NCBI GenBank assembly: GCA_963790025.1
Contig: CAWBMP010000004.1
Location: 768,001 to 832,000 of the forward strand
Origin: Nitrospirota bacterium
Lineage (GTDB): Bacteria; Nitrospirota; Thermodesulfovibrionia; Thermodesulfovibrionales; Dissulfurispiraceae
Reading direction: 5' to 3'
DNA: 64,000 bases
The notes beneath the pieces were generated by a model. It searched no databases and was not told where the DNA came from. It saw only the letters and a program-made list of their open reading frames with translations. Shown here one piece after another: positions 46,178 through 54,526 of this stretch. Positions within the stretch are counted from its first letter, which is position 1. Each line of letters opens with the position of its first letter. Both the position numbers and the translations under genes were made by a program.

Positions 46178-48748
46178 TTATAGTGAGTTCGTGATTACTT
46201 GCTGCAATGTCTTGCTGAGTGTTTCGACGTTGTAGGGTTTTAAGATAACTCCTGAGAATCCATATTTTTGAAAATCCGACATGATCGGGTCATTGGAATA
46301 TCCGCTGGAAACTATGACCTTTGCATGTGGATCTATGTTCAGGATTTCCCTGACAGCCTCCTTTCCTCCCATTCCCCCAGGAATAGTAAGGTCCATAATG
46401 ACGGCATCTAATACATGTCCGGACTCTGCATTTTTTCTGTAAATTTCTATCGCTTCAGCACCGTCTTTGGCAAAAAACACGTCATAGCCGAGTGGCTGCA
46501 GCATTGCGCCCACAACTGTCCGTATAAACTCCTCGTCATCCATCACAAGGACAGTCCCCTTGCCGGAACAAAATCCGGCCTCTTCAGCTTCCTCTTCGAC
46601 GGCCGCTTTTTCAGAGGCGGGAATGTAAAAAGTAAAAGTTGAGCCGACACCCAGAGTTGATTCAACATCGATATGACCTTCATGGTTGCTGATGATAGAA
46701 TAGACTACAGCAAGGCCCAAACCGCTGCCATTTTCTTTTGTTGTAAAATAGGGATCAAATATCTTCTGAAGCCGCTCTTTAGGTATTCCATACCCGTGGT
46801 CACTAACTGCTATTTTTACATACCTCCCTTTTTTTACCGGGAATTCATTTCCTCCTTCTACAAAAACATTCTCCGCGCTGATACCTATAATCCCTCCTGA
46901 CGGCATGGATTGACAAGCGTTGATAATGAGATTGTTCAATACCTGACCAAGTTGGCCCTCGTCGGCATCAATAGGCCAGAGGTCTTTAATATTAAATTCA
47001 ATTTTCACATTAGTCCCACTCAAAGCAAGAGTCGAGAAATCCTTTATGAGGGGAACAGGGGAGATTGTCTTTTTTATGGGAGCACCGCCTTTCGAGAATG
47101 TAAGCAATTGTCTGGTAAGGGCCGACGCCTGCAGGGAAGCTTCTTCAGCCTGTTCCAACCTGGCGAATATTATATTATCCGGAGTCAATGCCATCTTTGA
47201 CAGCGAGATATTACCCAGTATACCTGTCAAAATATTATTGAAATCGTGGGCAATGCCACCGGCAAGTATTCCTATAGATTCAAGTTTCTGTGATTTCAGA
47301 AGTTCGGCCTCTAAGAGCTTGTGCTCTGAAATATCGGTTAGTACCCCCCTTAACCCTACCACCCGGCCATCACTCGTAATGGGGTTTGCAATTAAAATGG
47401 CAGGGAATGCGGACCCGTCCTTTCTCAGTGCCGTATACTCCCGGTATCCGACTATTTTCCCGGACAATCTCGCATGCATATCTTCGGTGGCCCTTTCACG
47501 GTCTTCCGGCGCCAGTATTTGAATTAAGTTGACACCGTTTTCAAACTTCTCCGGTGTAATGCCCAGAACATCCAGGGCCGTGCTGTTAAGATAACTGAAA
47601 TTCCCGCCTTCGTCGGATTCAAAAACTGTTTGCGGCAGGGAATCGGCCAATTCCCTGAATCTCTCTTCACTGCCTCTCAGCTCTGCTTTAGCCAGGCTGC
47701 GTTCATTTTCCGCCCTTATCCGCTCTGAAATTTCCTCTTCAAGACGCCTGTTTTTTTCGAGTATTTCTTTTTCGTAAAGATTTGATTCGGCCAGACGGGT
47801 CTGAAGCAGGAGGGACTTCAAGTGTAATCTGTACGTAAAAATGGCCCCGCCGGTTATTAAAAAAGCAAGGATACCCATCCCGACCGGAAGTTCCTTCGGG
47901 CGGAGCCCGCTCAAGAGGTTCTGCTTCGGAGCGATAGTTACAAGAAAAAAGGGAGTCTCATAAATCCTGGTTTTTATACCGATCATGTCCTGCCTTTCCC
48001 CGGCTCTGTCTTCCAACCGGAATTCAAGCGGCACGTCAGATTTAAAGATTTGAATGTCAGGCAGCATTCCTATTGCCCTTGACCGGACTATTGTTTCTTT
48101 ATCATCTGCTATATAAGATATACGTTCAGAAGACGATATTTGGGATTGCAGAAATTCCGGAGACAGCCACGCCACTATCTGGCCGGAATACTTCCCCTTG
48201 AAATAATAGGCCATTGAAACTATTATCTCCTTACCCCTTTCTTTTATGCGTATTGCCGGCTTTTTTTGTAAAGGATCGAGTAGTTTCATGAGATTTGCCG
48301 GGATATACGGCCTGTCTTGTGACAAATGCACACCAGTAAGAACATTCCCATTTTCATCAACAAACATCATTTCAAGATAGATAGGTTTGTTGTTAATTTT
48401 AGACCGCTCAAGAAGAGCTTGAAACCTCTCTTTGATCGGAGGGAGACTCTGCGCCAATCCATAAGCCATGCTCATTCCAAGTGCCCTGTTTTCAAAAAAG
48501 ACTTCAATGGCCCTTGAATCGGCAAGATTCATAAGGTCTGCCTCGCAATCTGCCAGGAAGTTGCCGAGAGCTGCTGCCTGCCTCTCGTTTTCGAATTTAA
48601 ATTGCCTGACGATCGTCTGCTGAAGGCTTCTTTGAGAATCGTAATTGGTTTTTATGAGAAAACAGACGTAGGCCAGCAGGAAGAGCGTTATAAAGACAGT
48701 TGCGATAGTGAGGCTTCTCGGAATCTTCGGTACTGCATTGTCATTCAT
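46178..48748 (-). CDS. membrane hybrid sensor histidine kinase (periplasmic domain, PAS, HisKA, HATPase, REC)
   Basis: Two TM helices, PAS, AGGIAHDFNN H-box, DPYFTTK..GSGLGL, receiver MDD...MDL...KP. Confidence 0.93.
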   Translation of the reverse strand: MNDNAVPKIPRSLTIATVFITLFLLAYVCFLIKTNYDSQRSLQQTIVRQFKFENERQAAALGNFLADCEADLMNLADSRAIEVFFENRALGMSMAYGLAQSLPPIKERFQALLERSKINNKPIYLEMMFVDENGNVLTGVHLSQDRPYIPANLMKLLDPLQKKPAIRIKERGKEIIVSMAYYFKGKYSGQIVAWLSPEFLQSQISSSERISYIADDKETIVRSRAIGMLPDIQIFKSDVPLEFRLEDRAGERQDMIGIKTRIYETPFFLVTIAPKQNLLSGLRPKELPVGMGILAFLITGGAIFTYRLHLKSLLLQTRLAESNLYEKEILEKNRRLEEEISERIRAENERSLAKAELRGSEERFRELADSLPQTVFESDEGGNFSYLNSTALDVLGITPEKFENGVNLIQILAPEDRERATEDMHARLSGKIVGYREYTALRKDGSAFPAILIANPITSDGRVVGLRGVLTDISEHKLLEAELLKSQKLESIGILAGGIAHDFNNILTGILGNISLSKMALTPDNIIFARLEQAEEASLQASALTRQLLTFSKGGAPIKKTISPVPLIKDFSTLALSGTNVKIEFNIKDLWPIDADEGQLGQVLNNLIINACQSMPSGGIIGISAENVFVEGGNEFPVKKGRYVKIAVSDHGYGIPKERLQKIFDPYFTTKENGSGLGLAVVYSIISNHEGHIDVESTLGVGSTFTFYIPASEKAAVEEEAEEAGFCSGKGTVLVMDDEEFIRTVVGAMLQPLGYDVFFAKDGAEAIEIYRKNAESGHVLDAVIMDLTIPGGMGGKEAVREILNIDPHAKVIVSSGYSNDPIMSDFQKYGFSGVILKPYNVETLSKTLQQVITNSL

Positions 48749-48763
48749 AATAACTTCTAATAA

Positions 48764-49669
48764 TTATTTTTCCTTGAAAAAAGATGGGTAATAATCCGGT
48801 GCAAAAGGATAATATTTCTTAACGATCCGGCGATAAGTGCCGTCTTTCATTATTTGAGCAAGAAATTTATTAAAAGCTTCCCGAAGGCCCGGCGAATCCT
48901 TTCTGAACGCGACTGACATGTCCTGGATAGTACTGATGGGACCTATTACCTTGATCTTTCCAGGCCACTTTTGCAGTGCTACAAGTGCGTCGGGGACATC
49001 GAGAAGGGCTATTTCGGCCTTTTTGCTGAGGAGGGCGGGAACCATCTCATTTAGCCCACCTTCAAAGTACCTGAGTTGCGGGCCGGCGGCCTCAAGATTG
49101 TATAACGAGGGATCAAGACAAGTCTTTGCTTTACAAAGCAAGGTACGGTTTTTCAGCAGTTTCTTTACTGTGGCAATGTCCTTTTGCAACTCCTTCCCGG
49201 GTTTGATCGGCTTAAGGGGGGAATCAGAGCGTGCAATAAGCCATACCTGGTTTGGGAACGTGGGTACAGAAAAGGCTACAACTTCCTGCCTCCATGGTAA
49301 AACCGTCATTCCGTTGGCAATGAGATCGCCCCTGATCTGAACTTTGCCCAGAATTTCCACCCCGTTTCCTTTCGGCGCCACCTTGCTGCCGGTAAGATCA
49401 CCAATGACGCTATCCCAATCCGTCTTTACGAATTGATATTGGACCCCAAGATGCTGGGCAAAAAGCCTCACGATCTCCACATCCATACCGTCACCGCTGC
49501 CGGTCACAAAATTGGCATAAGGGATACCGAGATGGCGCAAGACTCCCCTTTGTTGCACGTCTTTAAGGTCCTGAGCGGACGCAGGTACTATAAACACACC
49601 GGCACAAACAGCCAGAAGTAAAAAAAGACAGTACGGCCGTAACCGATTCGTAAAAAAAGGGTTTATCAT
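48764..49669 (-). CDS. periplasmic substrate-binding protein (family 3)
   Basis: Signal peptide, GMDVEIVRLFAQHLGV, AFRKDSPGLREAFNKFL...DGTY. Confidence 0.85.
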   Translation of the reverse strand: MINPFFTNRLRPYCLFLLLAVCAGVFIVPASAQDLKDVQQRGVLRHLGIPYANFVTGSGDGMDVEIVRLFAQHLGVQYQFVKTDWDSVIGDLTGSKVAPKGNGVEILGKVQIRGDLIANGMTVLPWRQEVVAFSVPTFPNQVWLIARSDSPLKPIKPGKELQKDIATVKKLLKNRTLLCKAKTCLDPSLYNLEAAGPQLRYFEGGLNEMVPALLSKKAEIALLDVPDALVALQKWPGKIKVIGPISTIQDMSVAFRKDSPGLREAFNKFLAQIMKDGTYRRIVKKYYPFAPDYYPSFFKEK

Positions 49670-49881
49670 TTTTTAAAAAACCACACGCACTACCCTACCG
49701 AACCGTATGAGCAACAGTCCTGAGCCATGTCTCTATTATATAACAGATTATCGGCTATAGGCAATATGCTTAAGGCAGTGGCCTTCCCAGTCTGCCGCTG
49801 CTGATTCATCCTTAAGAAAAAGGTTGCTAAAAAAGAAGTGCCTTTTGTATACTTATAATTCTTTATTGTTTAGTCATTTTC

Positions 49882-49910
49882 TTGACAATAAACAGATAAA
49901 TTGTTAAAAT
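49882..49910 (+). promoter_or_regulatory. sigma70 promoter of rpsU operon
   Basis: TTGACA-17-(TGt)TAAAAT. Confidence 0.7.
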
Positions 49911-49943
49911 TTCATAAATTTCTATAGAGAGGGGGGGATAGAT

Positions 49944-50144
49944 GTGCCCTCTGTAAGAGTTAAAGACATTGAATCGCTCGAATCGGCGCTCAAACAGTTT
50001 AAAAAACAATGCGAGCGGGATGGCGTACTTTCGGATGTAAAGAAAAAAGAGCATTACGACAAGCCCAGCGTAAAGAAAAAGAAAAAGATTCTGGCTGCAC
50101 GCAAAAAAGCGGCAAAACGCGTAAGGACGTTCTCGGCGAGGTAA
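49944..50144 (+). CDS. rpsU: 30S ribosomal protein S21
   Basis: [18 protein letters not shown]...HYDKPS..KKKK..AARK. Confidence 0.95.
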   Translation: MPSVRVKDIESLESALKQFKKQCERDGVLSDVKKKEHYDKPSVKKKKKILAARKKAAKRVRTFSAR

Positions 50145-50183
50145 TCTGCCCTTTTTCATTGAAAGGGTCGGGGAGAAAGCTTG

Positions 50184-50630
50184 ATGGATACTATCCCGCA
50201 ACGTTTGGATGCAGAACTCAAAGAGGCCTTGAAATCACGGTGGGAACTGAAGCTTTCGGTCCTCAGAATGATCAAGGCCTCTTTAAAAAATAAAGAAATC
50301 GAAAAGATGGGTCCCCTCTCCGATTCGGAGATTATTTCCGCTTTGTCATCAATGGCAAAACAGCATAGAGATTCAATAGAACAATACGCAGCGGCAGGCA
50401 GATCAGACCTCGCTGAAAAAGAGACAAAGGAACTGGAGATAATCCGCACCTACCTCCCGGCACAACTTTCACCAGAAGATATTGACAAGATGATACGTTC
50501 CGCAATCATGGAATGTAATGCAACCGAGCCCGGTGATATGGGAAAGGTAATGAAGATTGTCATGACTAAGACAAAAGGAACGGCCGATGGTAAAGTTGTC
50601 AGTCAGCGGGTCAAGGAACTATTAGGCTAA
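50184..50630 (+). CDS. GatB/YqeY domain protein
   Basis: ELKEALK, KQHRDSIEQY..AGRSDL, YLPAQLS, DMGKVM, ADGK; rpsU synteny. Confidence 0.92.
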   Translation: MDTIPQRLDAELKEALKSRWELKLSVLRMIKASLKNKEIEKMGPLSDSEIISALSSMAKQHRDSIEQYAAAGRSDLAEKETKELEIIRTYLPAQLSPEDIDKMIRSAIMECNATEPGDMGKVMKIVMTKTKGTADGKVVSQRVKELLG

Positions 50631-50700
50631 AGGCTAACAACAAAAAAAGCTCTTCCATTTTTTATTTACCCTTCAGCCTTTGGCCTTTTGCATTTAGCCC
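50624..50700. repeat. heptamer (AAGGCTA-like) tandem/inverted repeat at yqeY-dnaG junction
   Basis: aggcta aaggcta a ... ccttcag cctttgg ccttttg catttag ccc. Confidence 0.6.
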
Positions 50701-50711
50701 GTATTTAAATT

Positions 50712-52436
50712 ATGAACAACATTACTATTGACGACATTAAGATAAAAATCGATATCGTCGACCTCATTGCGGAACATGTCGACCTGAAGCGGGCGGGACA
50801 GAATTTTAAAGGACTCTGTCCGTTCCATACAGAAAAAACCCCTTCTTTCATGGTGAACCCTTCAAAACAGATTTTCCATTGTTTCGGCTGTGGGAAAGGC
50901 GGCGACATCTTTGCCTTCACAATGCATTACGAGAACATGAATTTTCATGAGGCAGTATCATACCTTGCAAATAAGGCTGGTATAAAAATCGAGTCATCAA
51001 ATGACAGATCCGCTTACGTCAAAGGCATCAAGGAGAACATTCTCACGATCCACAAAGAGGCGCTTCAATTTTTTAAAACCAGCCTGAACTCCTCCAGGCA
51101 GGCAAACGAATACCTCATGGAGCGTGGGCTCACCACAGAGACCATAGAAAAATTTTCTATCGGATACAGCACAGGCCAGCGCGATTCCCTCTTCATCCAT
51201 CTCAAGGACCTCTCTTTCACCGCTGAACAAATTAAGGCATCGGGTCTCGTCTACTTCGGTGAAAATGGTATCCATGATTTCTTCCGGGAAAGGATAATGT
51301 TCCCGATTTTCGACCTTCAGGGGAGAACCGTGGCGTTCGGCGGCAGAACGCTGTCGATATCTAAAAACATTCCTAAATATCTGAATTCTCCTGACCATGC
51401 GCTTTTCAAAAAAGGCGATTCGTGCTACGGAATACACATAGCAAAAAACGCTATTACGCAAAAAGGCTACTCCATAGTAGTGGAAGGATACCTCGATGCG
51501 ATTATGTGCCATCAGCATTCCTTCAGTAATGCGGTGGCGCCTCTTGGAACTGCACTTACTGTGGGTCATCTGAAGAGGCTCAAACGGTTCTCTTCCAAGG
51601 TCCTTCTGGTTTTTGACGGAGACCCGGCAGGAATATCGGCTACCAGGAGATCGCTGGAGCTTATCTACTACGAAGGTATGACGGCAAAGGTCCTGGTGCT
51701 TCCCGAAAACGAGGACCCCGATACATTTCTGAGAAAGAATGGAGCGGAATACTTCAGGCGGTACATGGCAAAAGCTGTCACCCCTGTGGAATTCCTGCTC
51801 AAACTATACGGCAAGAACAAACTCGATGCGGTACGTTATGCTCTCTCTCTCATTTTATCCTGCCCTGATCCACTACAGCGCGATGAAACGCTCAGGGAGT
51901 TGTCCAGCCAGTCGGGAATTGATGAACTGACACTGCGCCAGGAACTGAAAAACAGCAAGAAGTCGCAGAAGCAAAAAGCGTCGAGCGTAAATGGAGGGCC
52001 CGAATTCGCCGGACTGCAGGAGCATCTCGACACGATCAGCAAGGAAGAACAAACGCTTTTGAGTATTATTTTCTCAGTACCGGAAAAGCGTAATGACATC
52101 TTGTCCCATCTCGATCCCGAATGCATGAAATCCTACCCCACGCAGGGATTTTTGGAGAAGATCAAACGTTTTTTGGCTGAAAACAGCGCGGATGACCTGC
52201 TTTCAACCGGCTTTATGGCCCTGTGCAACAGCTATGAAAAGGCACTTGTCACAAAGCTCTCGATGGATGCCGGAGTTGACACAGAGAACGTTGATGCAAT
52301 GATTAAAGGCTGCTTGAAGACAATCGCAATGAAAGGGATTGGACGGGAGATTGAACAGGCAGGAAAAGCTGGAGATGAAAAGCTTTTATTTTCACTTTTT
52401 GGAAAGAAAAAACTCCTGCAAAAGGCTTACGAGTAA
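50712..52436 (+). CDS. dnaG: DNA primase
   Basis: CPFH...CFGC zinc finger, KYLNSP, VEGYLD, FDGD TOPRIM, DPD. Confidence 0.97.
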   Translation: MNNITIDDIKIKIDIVDLIAEHVDLKRAGQNFKGLCPFHTEKTPSFMVNPSKQIFHCFGCGKGGDIFAFTMHYENMNFHEAVSYLANKAGIKIESSNDRSAYVKGIKENILTIHKEALQFFKTSLNSSRQANEYLMERGLTTETIEKFSIGYSTGQRDSLFIHLKDLSFTAEQIKASGLVYFGENGIHDFFRERIMFPIFDLQGRTVAFGGRTLSISKNIPKYLNSPDHALFKKGDSCYGIHIAKNAITQKGYSIVVEGYLDAIMCHQHSFSNAVAPLGTALTVGHLKRLKRFSSKVLLVFDGDPAGISATRRSLELIYYEGMTAKVLVLPENEDPDTFLRKNGAEYFRRYMAKAVTPVEFLLKLYGKNKLDAVRYALSLILSCPDPLQRDETLRELSSQSGIDELTLRQELKNSKKSQKQKASSVNGGPEFAGLQEHLDTISKEEQTLLSIIFSVPEKRNDILSHLDPECMKSYPTQGFLEKIKRFLAENSADDLLSTGFMALCNSYEKALVTKLSMDAGVDTENVDAMIKGCLKTIAMKGIGREIEQAGKAGDEKLLFSLFGKKKLLQKAYE

Positions 52437-52521
52437 GCCCCCGCATTAGCTTGACGCTTGACTAAGAGCTTGATATGCATTTATAGTAAAAGACTTTGGG
52501 CGTTAGCTCCTAATGCTGAAA

Positions 52522-52597
52522 GGGCCCATAGCTCAGTTGGTAGAGCTACCGGCTCATAACCGGTTGGTCCCAGGTTCGAGTCCTGGTGGGCCCACCA
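52522..52597 (+). tRNA. tRNA with CAT anticodon, probably tRNA-Ile2 (lysidine)
   Basis: GGGCCCA acceptor stem, TAGCTCAGTTGGTAGAGC D-arm, ACCGG-CTCATAA-CCGGT, GGTTCGAGTCC, CCA end; lacks the initiator GGG/CCC anticodon stem. Confidence 0.93.
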
Positions 52598-52605
52598 TAA
52601 AAGCA

Positions 52606-52682
52606 CAGGTTAAGGCTGAGGCAACGGTCAAGAAACTAAAAGAGACTTTTTCAGTCTTGACCTCAACCTTTACCTTTACCTG
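52606..52682. repeat. hexamer (AGGTNA-like) tandem repeat with inverted copy after the tRNA
   Basis: aggtta aggctg aggcaa cggtca ag ... cttgac ctcaac ctttac ctttac ctg. Confidence 0.65.
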
Positions 52683-52709
52683 CTTTATCTTGTTATCTTG
52701 GGGGTAGTG

Positions 52710-53435
52710 GTGAACGAGCAATTACGACTGCTCATAGAACTTCAAAGACTTGATACTGTCATACTCACGCTGCATTCCAAGATCGATACGCTGCCCGGCA
52801 CCATCGCTGCCAGTGAAGTGCCCCTAAAGAAAGCCTCGACCTCGCTTGAAAACATAAAGCAGGGCCACGCGGCCATGGAAAAGAAGAAGAAAGACAAAGA
52901 GATGGATATCGAAGAGATCAGTAATAAAATCGAAAAAATGAAGCGAAGAACGTCGGAGATTAAGAATAATAAAGAGTACCAGGCCCACCTTAAAGAGACG
53001 GAGAAAGCTGAAAAAGACCTGAAAGCTGCTGAAGATGAATTGCTTAACGTGATAGAGTCTATCGAAAAATCCTCAAAGCTGCTTGCTGCTGAACAGGCCT
53101 CTATTTCCGAAGAGCAGGCGAAGTTAGATGTGATTAAGGTGGAAATCGAAAAAAGGATTGCCGCGGACAAGCAAGAATTGAAAAAACTTAAAGGCGACAG
53201 GAAAAAGTTCACTGAAAAACTGGATCCCGACATTTATACGCGGTATATCGGTATTATGAGATCAAGGAAAGGGCTGGCTGTTGTCGAGGCAAAAAATGAG
53301 ATATGCAGCGGATGCAATCTCCACATACCGCCTCAGATGTTCGTTGAACTGAAGCAAAATACCGAGATTACCCACTGTCCCCAGTGCAGGAGAATATTGT
53401 TTTTTAGCAACTCCGATGCCGTCCCAGAGAGTTAA
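52710..53435 (+). CDS. coiled-coil protein with C4-type zinc ribbon (DUF164-like)
   Basis: LIELQRLD, long coiled coil, CSGC...CPQCRRIL; GTG start. Confidence 0.9.
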   Translation: MNEQLRLLIELQRLDTVILTLHSKIDTLPGTIAASEVPLKKASTSLENIKQGHAAMEKKKKDKEMDIEEISNKIEKMKRRTSEIKNNKEYQAHLKETEKAEKDLKAAEDELLNVIESIEKSSKLLAAEQASISEEQAKLDVIKVEIEKRIAADKQELKKLKGDRKKFTEKLDPDIYTRYIGIMRSRKGLAVVEAKNEICSGCNLHIPPQMFVELKQNTEITHCPQCRRILFFSNSDAVPES

Positions 53436-53510
53436 CAGTCTCCATCTTGTATTTTTCATATTTATTCATGTATAATAAAACTTTATGATATTATAACCCT
53501 GTAAGAATAT

Positions 53511-54431
53511 ATGGAAGACCATAAATTAAAAGTTTTTTGCACTGTTGCCGAGACAAAGAGTTTTTCAAAAACGTCTCAGATCATTCACCTGACTCAGCCG
53601 GCGGTTAGTCTGCAGATTCAGGCCCTTGAGGAACTGTACGAAACGAAACTTTTTGACCGTTCAAACAGCTCGATCAACCTCACTTCAGCCGGGGAAGTGT
53701 TGTACCGTTATTCCAAGGACATCCTTACGCTTTATGCCGAACTGGAAAAGGAAATAAGCCAGATAACCGGGCTTAACAAGGGAAGGATTACCATCGGCGC
53801 GAGCACAACCATCGGCAATTATGTACTCCCCAATGTTGTCGCTGATTTCAAGAAAATGCACCCTAAAATCAAGATAAATATCCTGATCGGGAGTACGAAA
53901 AAAGTGCTCGATCTGCTGAATGCAGGTGTCGTATGCTTCGGACTGGTAGAAGGTGAAACGTCCAAGAACAAAATAAAGGTTGAACCCATGCTCTCCGATG
54001 AGCTTGTTTTCATCGTGCCGGCTGCACACCCATGGGCAAAGAAAAAGACCATTCCCCTGCAAGAAATCATAAAAGAGCCGTTTATTATACGGGAGGAAGG
54101 TTCGGGGACACGCCAGATAATTGAAAACTATTTCATATCGCGCGGAATCAAGACTTCTGATCTGCAAATCGTACTCGTTTTGGGCGGTACCGAATCGATA
54201 AAAGAGGCGGTTGAAACAGGGATGGGCATTGCAATAGTATCACGATGGGCTGTCCGCAAGGAACTCAAATACGGCAGTCTGAAATATGTTATCGCAAAAG
54301 AGGCGCGCATATTAAGAGACTTCTCTTTAATACTGCCGAAAAATGCGGTAGTTTCTCACGCCGTCGACGAATTCCTTTCCTACCTGAGGGTATACCCTTA
54401 CAATGTGCTGCTGTCGGAGATAACAAACTGA
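53511..54431 (+). CDS. LysR-family transcriptional regulator (CysL-like)
   Basis: SFSK...LTQPAVSLQI HTH, GASTTIG.Y.LP, REEGSGTR, IKEAVETGMG. Confidence 0.92.
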   Translation: MEDHKLKVFCTVAETKSFSKTSQIIHLTQPAVSLQIQALEELYETKLFDRSNSSINLTSAGEVLYRYSKDILTLYAELEKEISQITGLNKGRITIGASTTIGNYVLPNVVADFKKMHPKIKINILIGSTKKVLDLLNAGVVCFGLVEGETSKNKIKVEPMLSDELVFIVPAAHPWAKKKTIPLQEIIKEPFIIREEGSGTRQIIENYFISRGIKTSDLQIVLVLGGTESIKEAVETGMGIAIVSRWAVRKELKYGSLKYVIAKEARILRDFSLILPKNAVVSHAVDEFLSYLRVYPYNVLLSEITN

Positions 54432-54432
54432 C

Positions 54433-54526
54433 CAGTAAGCAGTAGAAAGTACGCAGTAAGCAGAAAAAGAAAAGACAAAAAGTACCTTACAGCTCTTTGC
54501 TTCCTACTGCCTACTGCTCACTGCCT
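54433..54526. repeat. heptamer (CAGTAAG/CAGTAGG) tandem repeat with inverted copy between convergent genes
   Basis: cagtaag cagtaga aagtacg cagtaag cag ... cctactg cctactg ctcactg cct. Confidence 0.72.

Noticed and set aside
52513..52707. 64-aa ORF
   Set aside because: Overlaps the tRNA and the hexamer repeat.
14731..54526. CRISPR interpretation of the short repeats
   Set aside because: Units are 6-9 nt, degenerate and tandem, with no regular unique spacers and no cas genes.
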